Below, piece after piece: positions 25,782-34,735 of a stretch of DNA of 64,000 nucleotides. The translations under genes were made by a program, and so were the position numbers. The DNA is from Elusimicrobiota bacterium (lineage in GTDB: Bacteria; Elusimicrobiota; UBA8919): NCBI GenBank assembly GCA_043802785.1, contig JAZDKR010000024.1:97-64096 (forward strand), in the 5' to 3' direction. Within the stretch, counting starts at the first letter, position 1, and the number at the start of each line of letters is the position of its first letter. The notes under the pieces are model-generated. The model did not search any database, was not told where the DNA came from, and worked only from the letters and a program-made list of their open reading frames with translations.

Positions 25782-28091
25782 TTAATAGACAAAAAGCATT
25801 TCTCTGTATTTCGGAAGAATCCAGTATTCGTCCCCGGTATGTTCTTCAAGGGCGTCAACCGTTTCCCTTAAATTGTACATCAAAGGAATTATTTCCATGC
25901 AATAGAAATTTGCCTTTTCGTCTTCTCGTTCTATTTTTTCCTTTTTGTCAAGCACGGACTGAAGTTTCTCTGTCTTTTCGTAAAGTTCTACGACAAGTTT
26001 TGAATACATTGAGACAATTTCCGATTCTTTTTTCAGCACTTTGGCATCAATTCCATTTATGCAAGGTAGGACAGCCGAGTAGGTTCGCCTGTGGCGAAGG
26101 TCTTTAGACCCTGTCATCTCGGTTGAACGGTCTAAAGACCGTTCACTACCATTCATTGAAATTCCTAAACATGACCTTAAGTTATTTACCGACTCTGCCA
26201 AAACATTCTGATATTTGACTACTGCGGGAAACACAAGTGTTTTAGCCATCATCAAAACGGTCTCAACTTCTATATTTACAACTTTTATGTACTGCTCAAC
26301 CAATATCGTGTAAATTGATTCTATCTCAACTTCGCTCAGAACATTTAATCTTGTGAAGACATCTTTATTTTTTTTGGTTACAAGGTCTTTCAACGATTCG
26401 GGTGTGGTTTTTTTATTCGGCAATCCGCGTTTTTTTGCTTCTTTTTCCCAGGCAGTATCATAGTTGTTACCTTCAAATCTTATTGGCGCTGTTTCAGTTA
26501 TTAAAGGAATAATCGCTTTTAATACAACCCTGTTAATATCTTTCTCTTTTTTCAGATTATCCTCTATTTCTTTATAGAGGTCGTTCAGAACATCGGCGAC
26601 AATAACATTCAGCGTATAATTTGCCATCGCAATAGAATGTGATGAACCCACCGCTCTGAACTCAAACTTGTTGCCGGTAAACGCAAATGGAGAAGTCCTG
26701 TTTCTGTCGCTAGTGTCTCTATTTATCGTCGGTAATTTGCCGATACCCATATCTATAATTGCCTTATCACTATAATCCGCTTTTTTATTTTTTTCCAGAT
26801 TGTTTAGAATTTCTGTGAGTTGTTCTCCCAGAAATATGGAAATTATCGCAGGTGGTGCCTCGTTTGCACCTAATCTATGGTCATTACCGGCTGTCGCAAC
26901 AGTTGCCCGCAACAAATCAGAATACTTATAAACGGCTTTCATTGTAGCGAGCAGGAAAGTTAAAAACTGCAAGTTTGCATGCGGCGTTTTGCCTGGTTCA
27001 AGTAGATTCGTACCGTCGGAATCCGCCATGGACCAGTTATTGTGCTTTCCAGAACCGTTTATGCCCAAAAACGGTTTCTCGTGCAATAAGAGTGCGAGAT
27101 TGTGCCTGTTTGCAATCTTCTTTAATGTTTCCATTATTATCTGGTTATGGTCGGTGGCAACATTGCTGTCCTCAAACAACGGTGCGATTTCAAACTGTGC
27201 AGGAGCAACTTCGTTGTGCCTTGTTTTCACGGGAATTCCAAACTTAAAAAGTTCTAACTCCGAATCATGCATAAACGCAAGAATTCTTTCCCTGATGCTG
27301 CCAAAATAGTGATCCTCCATTTCCTGACCTTTGGGCGGTTTCGCACCGAATAATGTTCTGCCGGTAATGATTAAATCCGGTCTTCTGTTGTAATATGCTT
27401 TGTCAACCAAAAAATATTCTTGTTCGGAACCCACAGTCGCATAAACCCTGTTTATTTTTTTATTTCCGAAAAGGTGCAATATCTTTACGGCAACTTCACT
27501 TAATCTGTCCATTGAACGCAGAAGCGGCGTTTTTTTATCCAATGCCTCACCCGTATATGATAAAAATACACAGGGAATGCAAAGTGTTGTGCCGTTGACG
27601 GCTTCAACCAAAAATGCCGGCGAGGTGGGATCCCACGCAGTATAACCCCTCGCTTCAAAAGTACTTCTCAACCCACCGCTTGGGAAAGAAGAAGCATCTG
27701 GTTCGCCTTGTATAAGATTGCTTCCTGAAAATCTTTCTATGATTTTACCATCTTTGCTGAAACTCAGAAAACTGTCATGCTTTTCCGCCGTCAAACCCGT
27801 CATCGGATGAAACCAGTGAGTAAAATGTGTCGCACCTCTGCCAATTGCCCATTCTTTCATACCTTGTGCAACTTCTTCCGCTAATATCGGTTCAACTCTC
27901 CCGCCTTCCTTGATTATTTTTTTTAACGCTTCATATGTTTTGTAAGGCAGATGTTTTTTCATTGCCTCGTCGTTAAAAGAGTTCATCCCGTATATTTCCG
28001 AGATAGGTTTCCCTTTCATTTTCGTGCTAATCGTCTGGCATAAATTTCTCTGGTTTGTAATTTCTGAAATTATCTGTTCTCTGTATTGCAT
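25782..28091 (-). CDS. glnN: Glutamine synthetase type III. Carries an in-frame repeat insertion at about 26046-26160.
   Basis: 769 aa. The N-terminal HFTHWFHPMTGLTAEKHDSF and the overall length fit GSIII. The insert encodes MNGSERSLDRSTEMTGSKDLRHRR. Confidence 0.8.
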   Translation of the reverse strand: MQYREQIISEITNQRNLCQTISTKMKGKPISEIYGMNSFNDEAMKKHLPYKTYEALKKIIKEGGRVEPILAEEVAQGMKEWAIGRGATHFTHWFHPMTGLTAEKHDSFLSFSKDGKIIERFSGSNLIQGEPDASSFPSGGLRSTFEARGYTAWDPTSPAFLVEAVNGTTLCIPCVFLSYTGEALDKKTPLLRSMDRLSEVAVKILHLFGNKKINRVYATVGSEQEYFLVDKAYYNRRPDLIITGRTLFGAKPPKGQEMEDHYFGSIRERILAFMHDSELELFKFGIPVKTRHNEVAPAQFEIAPLFEDSNVATDHNQIIMETLKKIANRHNLALLLHEKPFLGINGSGKHNNWSMADSDGTNLLEPGKTPHANLQFLTFLLATMKAVYKYSDLLRATVATAGNDHRLGANEAPPAIISIFLGEQLTEILNNLEKNKKADYSDKAIIDMGIGKLPTINRDTSDRNRTSPFAFTGNKFEFRAVGSSHSIAMANYTLNVIVADVLNDLYKEIEDNLKKEKDINRVVLKAIIPLITETAPIRFEGNNYDTAWEKEAKKRGLPNKKTTPESLKDLVTKKNKDVFTRLNVLSEVEIESIYTILVEQYIKVVNIEVETVLMMAKTLVFPAVVKYQNVLAESVNNLRSCLGISMNGSERSLDRSTEMTGSKDLRHRRTYSAVLPCINGIDAKVLKKESEIVSMYSKLVVELYEKTEKLQSVLDKKEKIEREDEKANFYCMEIIPLMYNLRETVDALEEHTGDEYWILPKYREMLFVY

Positions 28092-28109
28092 TGTTTCGCC
28101 TCCTGTTCA

Positions 28110-28160
28110 GGATTAAGGATTAAGTAGTAAGGATTAAGTTTTTTCTTAATCCTGCCTTTG
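28110..28160. repeat. GGATTAAG hairpin (aggattaag tttttt cttaatcct).
   Basis: Lies between glnB and glnN. Confidence 0.65.
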
Positions 28161-28196
28161 TATTTTATTAAATAAATCTTGGAATGTCAAATTTTT

Positions 28197-28538
28197 TTAT
28201 CTGATTGCTTCACATCCTCTTTCGCCTGTTCTTATTCTGATACATTCTGGCAAATCCAGAATGAAAATTTTACCGTCACCGACATTACCTGTATTCGCAC
28301 CTTTTATTATGGCATCAACCGTCGGCTTAACAAAATTTTCGTTGACGGCAATTTCAAGACGAATCTTCCTCAAAAGGTTTCCCGTTTCTTTTACGCCTCT
28401 GTAAAATTCGGTAACACCTTTCTGTCTTCCGTGACCTAAAACCTCACTTACCGTGATAAGATTAACATCGGCAAGGTAAAGTTCCTTTTTTACCTCTTCC
28501 AATTTGTGTGGCTGAATTATCGCAATTATCAATTTCAT
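28197..28538 (-). CDS. glnB: Nitrogen regulatory protein P-II.
   Basis: 113 aa; the canonical P-II sequence and length (MKLIIAIIQPHKLEEVKKEL ...). Confidence 0.9.
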   Translation of the reverse strand: MKLIIAIIQPHKLEEVKKELYLADVNLITVSEVLGHGRQKGVTEFYRGVKETGNLLRKIRLEIAVNENFVKPTVDAIIKGANTGNVGDGKIFILDLPECIRIRTGERGCEAIR

Positions 28539-28727
28539 TTTTCCTCCTATAATAATGTCACCCCTACGGGGTTATTTGCTTGTGAGCGACTATTAACCTT
28601 TCCACCTTTTAATCGTGGAGCGAAGCAAGAAATTTGTAAGGAACCTCGGTTTGCGACTTATTCGTTCCAGGAGCAAACCGCAGAGCGAGTTCTAACGAGC
28701 GTTTCCGACAAATTTACTTGCGAGCGA

Positions 28728-29311
28728 CTATTCAATCAAAGTATATGCACCCTCTTGATGCTGGGTCAAATCAAGTCCAATTATCTCATCTATTTCGCTT
28801 ACCCTGACGCCGATGGTTAAATCAACCAATTTGTAAATGATAAATGTCATCGCAAAAGTATAGACAACGGTAACACAAACTGTAATTAACTGCATTATCA
28901 ATTGTTTCGGGTTTCCGAAAAAAAGACCGTTGTTGCCCGCTGGATTTATCAATTTTGAAGCAAAAAGACCCGTTGCCAAAGTTCCTAATATGCCGCTGAT
29001 ACCATGCACCCCAAAAGCATCAAGGGAATCGTCATAGCCCAATTTTGGTTTGATAAGACCGACCGCAACAAAACAGATAACACTAGCCGAAAAACCTATC
29101 AGTATAGCCGATATAACGGCGAAAAAGCAAGCGAGTATCCGAATAAAACCCATTGCAAACTCAAAACGCAAAGAACAATAAAGCACTGCATTAAAATGCC
29201 AAGAACATTTTTTCTTCTAACTATTCCTCCGTAAAAAAATGCAAGCCCTGTCGTCATCAACATCACAAACCCAGCCGATATCAAAACAAAAGCAGTATCT
29301 CCAGAATTCAT
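28728..29311 (-). pseudogene. amtB: Ammonium transporter relic. Only the N-terminal roughly 65 residues and the C-terminal roughly 140 residues remain, in different frames.
   Basis: The two ORFs 29099-29311 and 28728-29186 match the Amt N-terminus (GDTAFVLISAGFVMLMTTGLAFFYGGIVRRKNVL) and C-terminus (DAFGVHGISGILG ...). The span is 584 bp against about 1.2 kb expected. Confidence 0.75.
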
Positions 29312-29465
29312 ATTTCCCCCTAAACAAAAAAGTCCCTAATTCCACTTTTCCCACTTTGGAATTAAAGACCTCAATGTCTAACGAAAATTTTCTAACCGAC
29401 TCTGGCTACTATGAGGACTACATCGTCCTTTACTTTAATTATATCAAAAGCAATATAATTTTGCT

Positions 29466-29588
29466 AATGACTAACTTTTAGATGTTTTTCTCTCCAATCC
29501 TGATGAAGAACAATCGCCGCCATAATAACTGCAAAAAGTATTAACATCCCAAGACCAATATAAAGACCAATATCTTCCATATTCATTC
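29466..29588 (-). CDS. Small hydrophobic peptide of 40 aa (MNMEDIGLYIGLGMLILFAVIMAAIVLHQDWREKHLKVSH), translationally coupled to the upstream gene.
   Basis: An aaaggagaa ribosome-binding site and an ATGA stop/start overlap. Has a paralog at 30560-30652 with the conserved C-terminus KEKHLKVSH. Confidence 0.5.
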
Positions 29589-29786
29589 TCCTTTATCAAT
29601 AATGGTTCCAATAATTACAAATATTATCCAAAAACTCGCACCTAAAAATATCCTGATAATATTTAACTCTCCTGCTACAAAAGAGCCCAAAATAATTATC
29701 GCAAAAACAAAGTTGGCTGCGTTAAAAAATGCTTTTGCTAAATTTTCTCTTTGTTTTTTTGTAAAATTCATTCTGAGCATAATCAT
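29583..29786 (-). CDS. Small two-TM membrane protein of about 62-67 aa.
   Basis: Has a paralog at 30646-30858 (TKKQ(R/K)ENLAK(A/V)FFN ...). Preceded by a conserved promoter. Confidence 0.55.
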   Translation of the reverse strand: MIMLRMNFTKKQRENLAKAFFNAANFVFAIIILGSFVAGELNIIRIFLGASFWIIFVIIGTIIDKGE

Positions 29787-29815
29787 ACAAAATTATCAAA
29801 TTTTGTCAACCCCGT
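29787..29815 (-). promoter_or_regulatory. Sigma70-type promoter, TTGACA-N16/17-TATGAT. The -10 element overlaps the start codon, so the mRNA may be leaderless.
   Basis: Minus strand reads ttgacaaaatttgataattttgtatgattatgctcagaatg. Conserved in the copy at 30859-30887. Confidence 0.55.
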
Positions 29816-30077
29816 CAGAAAGAATTCCAAAATTTCTAACGTGGTCAAGTGCTTTTTTGGTTTTCCCGAATGAAAAATCTTTAATCCCACTTTGGAATTA
29901 AAGACCTCAATGTCTGACGAACATTTTCTAACCAACTATGGTTTGTAAACTATTTTTTAACTAATACAAACAAAATATATCTTGTTACATATTCTCACTG
30001 TTGTCATTGCTTCGTTGTCCCGACTTGTCGGGACTCCTCGCAATGACGCTTTGCATCAATTTACTCCCGAGCGACCT

Positions 30078-30420
30078 TCATATTTCTGTTGGTATAACCT
30101 CTTTTGAGCGAAACTCTTTTGGGACATAAATATATCCGGAATATGGTTTTTTTTCTTTAACAACCATTCCGGCAAGACCTTCGCCTATTTTAAGTGGTGG
30201 TTTTTTCAAATACTCATTTGAAATTGACTGGGAAGCCCTGATTACAAGTTCATTGTTTTCATTTAAAAGCATTAACGAACATATCTTGAAACCAAATACT
30301 TCAGCAGTAATTGTTACAATCAATTTAAGGATATCGTCAAGATAAAGTTCTGAAGTTATTGCCTGTGATATTTTAGTGAGTGCCTCTATTCACTTACACT
30401 TTTTTCTTTCATATTTTTTT
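30078..30420 (-). pseudogene. Truncated, frameshifted paralog of the GAF-ANTAR gene at 24823-25515. Only the N-terminal third remains.
   Basis: About 70 percent identity to residues 30-120 of the full gene, plus an upstream stretch in another frame. No ANTAR domain. Confidence 0.7.
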
Positions 30421-30559
30421 CCTCCACAAAATAAAAAATCCTCATACCGTCTTTGGCGGATGGCAACATATCATCCGCCTATGGCATGAGGACTACATCG
30501 TCCTTTACTTTAATTATATCAAAAGCAATATAATTTTGCTAATGACTAACTTTTAGATG

Positions 30560-30652
30560 TTTTTCTTTTCTATTCTGGTTAATAACAATTCCACCGATAA
30601 CCAAAGTAAAAGCTAACGCCACAAAAAATAACAAAGTAATCTCATTCATATC
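30560..30652 (-). CDS. Small hydrophobic peptide of 36 aa, the second copy.
   Basis: MNEITLLFFVALAFTLVIGGIVINQNRKEKHLKVSH. Same coupling arrangement as the first copy. Confidence 0.5.
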
Positions 30653-30858
30653 CCGTCTCCTGTATCAAGTATCACACCAATAATTAAAAACGCAAGAAAC
30701 AATATTACACCAACAATAAATGTAAATAGCGAAAATTTATCTGGCGTGGCGATTTTTCCTATAATAAGGGAAGCAAAAACAATTTGACTTAAATTAAAGA
30801 AAACTTTTGCTAAATTTTCTTTTTGCTTTTTTGTTAATTTCATTTCTGACATAATCAT
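30646..30858 (-). CDS. Small two-TM membrane protein, the second copy.
   Basis: Paralog of 29583-29786. The promoter TTGACA-N17-TATGAT is conserved at 30859-30887. Confidence 0.55.
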   Translation of the reverse strand: MIMSEMKLTKKQKENLAKVFFNLSQIVFASLIIGKIATPDKFSLFTFIVGVILFLAFLIIGVILDTGDGI

Positions 30859-31081
30859 ACAAAATTAAAAAAATTTGTCAAGTACTTTTTTTGAGAGTTA
30901 TTCAGGTTTGTGGCAAAAATATGAAGTTATTAAATTGTCAAGCCAGAAATTTATTGTATCATTTCCGTATCATCATTGTGAGATTGGTATTGTCAAAAAT
31001 AAAATGAAAAAAAAGACTACCACGAAAACACGTCTGACTGCCATGCCTGTCGTCAGCAGGCGTGGCTATGCTTCTATATTT

Positions 31082-31945
31082 TCATATACTTTTTACCAAC
31101 CAAACAGCGTAGCCATCTTTCTTCATCTTGTTTTTTATTTTTTCGCCTGTGAGTTTATTTTTTACAAGTCCGAAAACACAACTTCCACTGCCTGACATCA
31201 ACGAAAATTCCGCACCACTTTCAATCAGTAAGTCCTTAATTTTTTTTATTTCAGGATATAAAGGAAGGACAACATCCTCCAATCTATTAAAATGCTTATT
31301 AAGTATATCACTTTTTTTTGTTTCTGCCAAGCGTGAGTAGACGAATTTTGTTGATATTTGATATGGTGGGATGACGAGCACATACCATTCTGTTTTTCTA
31401 ACTTTAAGCGGTGTAAGTTTATCACCTATTCCTTCTCCAAGACATCTTCCGCCACCGTAGGTAAAAAATGGCACATCGGCACCAATTTTTTTACCGATTT
31501 TTGCAAGTTGATTTTTGTGAAGTTTGAGATTCCACAGTTTATTGAGTCCTATTAGAACTGCAGCAGCATCTGAAGACCCTCCGCCCAGACCCGCACCGAC
31601 GGGAATCTTTTTTTTGATTTTTATTTCAACGGCTTTTTTTATACCACAATGTTTTTCTAATAACTCAACCGCTTTATAAACAAGGTTTTTTTTGTCAGTC
31701 GGTACACCCGGCATATCGCAAAGAATTTTTATTCCGTTGGGGAACAGTCCGTTCGGGACAGTCCCCATTATAAAAATGTCGTCCGACAGCGAGACCTCTT
31801 GAAAAATGGTCTTTATGTTGTGATAGCCGTCTTTCCTTTTGCCCAGAACATCCAAAAAAAGATTTATTTTTGCGTTTGCTTTGATTTTCATTTTTCTACT
31901 ACCATTATTTTTTCTGCGTAATGTCAAAATCAACCAAGAAAACAC
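31082..31945 (-). CDS. ispE: 4-diphosphocytidyl-2-C-methyl-D-erythritol kinase. The likely start is MKIKANAKINLF, near 31891.
   Basis: GHMP kinase motif PVGAGLGGGSSDAAAVL and the N-terminal KINLFL. Confidence 0.85.
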   Translation of the reverse strand: MFSWLILTLRRKNNGSRKMKIKANAKINLFLDVLGKRKDGYHNIKTIFQEVSLSDDIFIMGTVPNGLFPNGIKILCDMPGVPTDKKNLVYKAVELLEKHCGIKKAVEIKIKKKIPVGAGLGGGSSDAAAVLIGLNKLWNLKLHKNQLAKIGKKIGADVPFFTYGGGRCLGEGIGDKLTPLKVRKTEWYVLVIPPYQISTKFVYSRLAETKKSDILNKHFNRLEDVVLPLYPEIKKIKDLLIESGAEFSLMSGSGSCVFGLVKNKLTGEKIKNKMKKDGYAVWLVKSI

Positions 31946-32056
31946 TGAATTATTGAAGCACGAAAAATAATTTATTGCTTTTCTTTCCGTGTCTCTGTTA
32001 TGGAGTTTATCCCGATGTAATATCGAGAGGCCTCTGTGGTAATCTTTTTTTCCATT

Positions 32057-32437
32057 TTATTTTATTTTTTCTATTTCTAACTTATGTTTTTTGGCAAAAA
32101 TTCTAACCGACGGAATTGAAAAAATTAAAAACAAAACACCCGTAAAAAATCCAAAAATTTCCGAATCTTCGGATAAAAAGTACCCACCAAAAATACCGAC
32201 GATAAACATAGCGGAAGGTATTCCGTAAAGTATTGCTGAGATTTTTAAGTTTGAGGGTTCAATTTTAAGAAGAACTTTATCACCAACCTCTGCACCGATG
32301 GTATTTTCAACTTCAAGATACATTTGACCGTCGGAAGATTTTTGACAAACACCGCATTTATGACAAAGTAACTGGCGGGTAAAAGACAATTTCAATTTGT
32401 CGCCTGATATATCAACAACCGTTGCAATTTCTTCCAT
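32057..32437 (-). CDS. rseC: RseC/MucC-family protein (SoxR-reducing-system component).
   Basis: N-terminal cysteine pair, a C-terminal two-TM segment, and a position next to an RnfB-like gene. Confidence 0.6.
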   Translation of the reverse strand: MEEIATVVDISGDKLKLSFTRQLLCHKCGVCQKSSDGQMYLEVENTIGAEVGDKVLLKIEPSNLKISAILYGIPSAMFIVGIFGGYFLSEDSEIFGFFTGVLFLIFSIPSVRIFAKKHKLEIEKIK

Positions 32438-32488
32438 GAAAGGATACTATTAATCCGCCGTGGCGGATTCCTACGGAACTTTACAACT

Positions 32489-33292
32489 TTACAATCCCTT
32501 CTGCTGAATGCACTTTGTCGGGCAAACACTAAAACATTCTCCGAGGTTTTTACATTTTGTGTAATCAAATTTGGCAAGATTGTTTTCTATTGAAATTGCC
32601 TTTTCCGGACATTTTTTCATACATAAAATGCAGGCGATACAACCGACATCACAAACTTGACGAACAGTTTTTCCTTTATCGCGCGATGAGCAGGCAACAA
32701 AAAATCTTTTTTCTCTATGAACAGGTTTTATTAAATTTCTCGGGCATGTTCGAACACATGCACCACAAGCAGTGCATTTTTCCTTATCAACCTCTGGTGG
32801 CAGATTTTCTCTCAATTTTATAGCATCAAAAGAACAGGCACGGACACAATCGCCGAAACCCAAACATCCATAACTACACATCACCGTCCCACCGGAAACT
32901 AGCGCTGCCGACAAACATGTTTGGACGCCATCGTAATTTCCTTTTTGTCTTTTGGAGGAAGTATCTCCACCGCAGTGAATACGGGCAACAATTTTTTGTT
33001 GCGAAATACTTTCAACACCAAAAACTTCTGATATTTTTTTTGATGCATCTTCGCCACCAATGGGGCAAAGTCCTATTTTTGCTCCACCTTCCACAATCCC
33101 TTTTGCATAACTGAGACAACCGGCAAAGCCACACGCACCGCAGTTAGAACCCGGAAGCATCCCGAAAATAATTTCAACCATCGGGTCTGCTTTAACGGCA
33201 AATTTTTTAGATGCAATGGCAAGCCCCACCCCAAGCACAAGCCCGAGCGAACCAAGAACAATAACCGGAATAATTATGAAATTCATTTCCAA
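32489..33292 (-). CDS. rnfB: RnfB-like Fe-S protein (electron-transport complex subunit B family).
   Basis: N-terminal TM helix, CGACGFAGC and multiple CxxCxxC ferredoxin motifs. Confidence 0.7.
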   Translation of the reverse strand: MEMNFIIIPVIVLGSLGLVLGVGLAIASKKFAVKADPMVEIIFGMLPGSNCGACGFAGCLSYAKGIVEGGAKIGLCPIGGEDASKKISEVFGVESISQQKIVARIHCGGDTSSKRQKGNYDGVQTCLSAALVSGGTVMCSYGCLGFGDCVRACSFDAIKLRENLPPEVDKEKCTACGACVRTCPRNLIKPVHREKRFFVACSSRDKGKTVRQVCDVGCIACILCMKKCPEKAISIENNLAKFDYTKCKNLGECFSVCPTKCIQQKGL

Positions 33293-33295
33293 ACT

Positions 33296-33970
33296 TCACC
33301 TCCAAATGAACCAAACAAATAGATAGGATGTGAAAACGGCAACTAATGTGAATGGCAGTCCGATTTTTACGAAATCAAAAAATTTTACGGTATAGCCCTC
33401 TTTTTTTAAGATGCCGCAGGCAACGATATTTGCCGATGCACCTATTGGCGTAATATTCCCTCCGATAGATGCACCTATCAAAAGCCCGAACAAGAATAAC
33501 GACGGACTGACACCAAGATTTGTCGAGACGGACATCGCAACAGGCAACATCGCAGCAAGGTACGGAACATTGTCTATAAACGCCGACAAAAATACAGACA
33601 GAAAAACAATCGCCGTAAAGCCGAGAAATATATTTTGTCCTATCAAACCAGACAGAAATACCTATATTTTTAAAATCCAGCCGTTTAATGTAAGTCCGCC
33701 AACCAAAATAAAAATTGCCATCACATTCCAGTTGATAGCCCAGAAAGCATTTTTTTGTGAAACTGCACCAACCAAAATTAAAATAATTACACTAAGAATT
33801 GAGACCTTTGTTCTTCGGTGGGGAAGTATTACAAAAAGTATGTATGCGAGCAAAAACACAGCAAGAGAAATAAACTCTTTGTTCATAGTAAATCTGATCC
33901 TTTGCGTTTTATCGTCCCATATTTCGTATCTCGTGTAGGGCAAACCTTCAGGTTTGCTTATTGTTCGCAA
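33296..33970 (-). pseudogene. ArsB/NhaD-superfamily permease relic. The N-terminal and C-terminal roughly 100 aa remain; the middle is deleted.
   Basis: Two ORFs (33662-33970 and 33296-33646) match the N-terminus and the C-terminus (IDNVPYLAAMLP ...) of anion-permease-type transporters. About 0.67 kb remain of an expected 1.2 kb. Confidence 0.6.
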
Positions 33971-34022
33971 TGCTGAAGCATTGCCCTACAAACGACACGA
34001 CGCCGAGCAATCTCGGCAACTA

Positions 34023-34583
34023 CTACCGTTTATTGAATAGATTCATTGTCTTCTGAATACCGCTCTCAATAAAAACGGAAACGGCATCAGAAGCCCTCAA
34101 AATCGCCGACTTCATTTTTAACGCTTCTTCTTTCGTAAAATCTGAAAGGACAAAATCAACAGCATCAATATCAGTCCCGGGGCGACCAATGCCTATTTTG
34201 ATACGGCAGAACTCATTTGTGCCGAGCGTTTCAATTATTGATTCCACACCGTTATGCCCGCCGGAAGAACCGCTTTTTCTTATCCTCATCCGCCCAGATT
34301 CAATATCCATATCATCGTGGACGACAATAATATCGCTAAAATCAGGACTACCTGCATGGTATTTTTTTACTAATTGTTTTATCGCCAAACCGCTCCTATT
34401 CATAAACAAGGTCGGTTTTACAATAAGGAAATCATCACACAAGGATATAACCGCGCAATCCTTATATTCCTTCCATTTCAGTGATTTATATTCGGCAAAA
34501 TTATCAAGCACCGCAAAACCTATATTGTGCCTCGTATCTGAATACTTTTTTCCGGGATTCCCCAAACCGACTATAATCTTCAT
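34023..34583 (-). CDS. pth: Peptidyl-tRNA hydrolase.
   Basis: MKIIVGLGNPGKKYSDTRHNIGF. The stop TAG is supplied by a GCAACTAC-family element (34002-34023). Confidence 0.9.
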   Translation of the reverse strand: MKIIVGLGNPGKKYSDTRHNIGFAVLDNFAEYKSLKWKEYKDCAVISLCDDFLIVKPTLFMNRSGLAIKQLVKKYHAGSPDFSDIIVVHDDMDIESGRMRIRKSGSSGGHNGVESIIETLGTNEFCRIKIGIGRPGTDIDAVDFVLSDFTKEEALKMKSAILRASDAVSVFIESGIQKTMNLFNKR

Positions 34584-34609
34584 AATTTATCACACAGAGA
34601 ACACAGAGA

Positions 34610-34735
34610 ACTTCTTAAATCAGAATTAAGACATCAGTAATAAGGATTAAGCCGCTCACCCCGACAAGTCGGGGTTCGCTTTAAGTATTAAGTTTTTTCT
34701 TAATCCTTACAACTTAATCCTTAATCCTGCTTCTG
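34610..34735. repeat. GGATTAAG hairpin element with an embedded ccccgacaagtcgggg hairpin.
   Basis: Read directly from the sequence. Confidence 0.6.
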
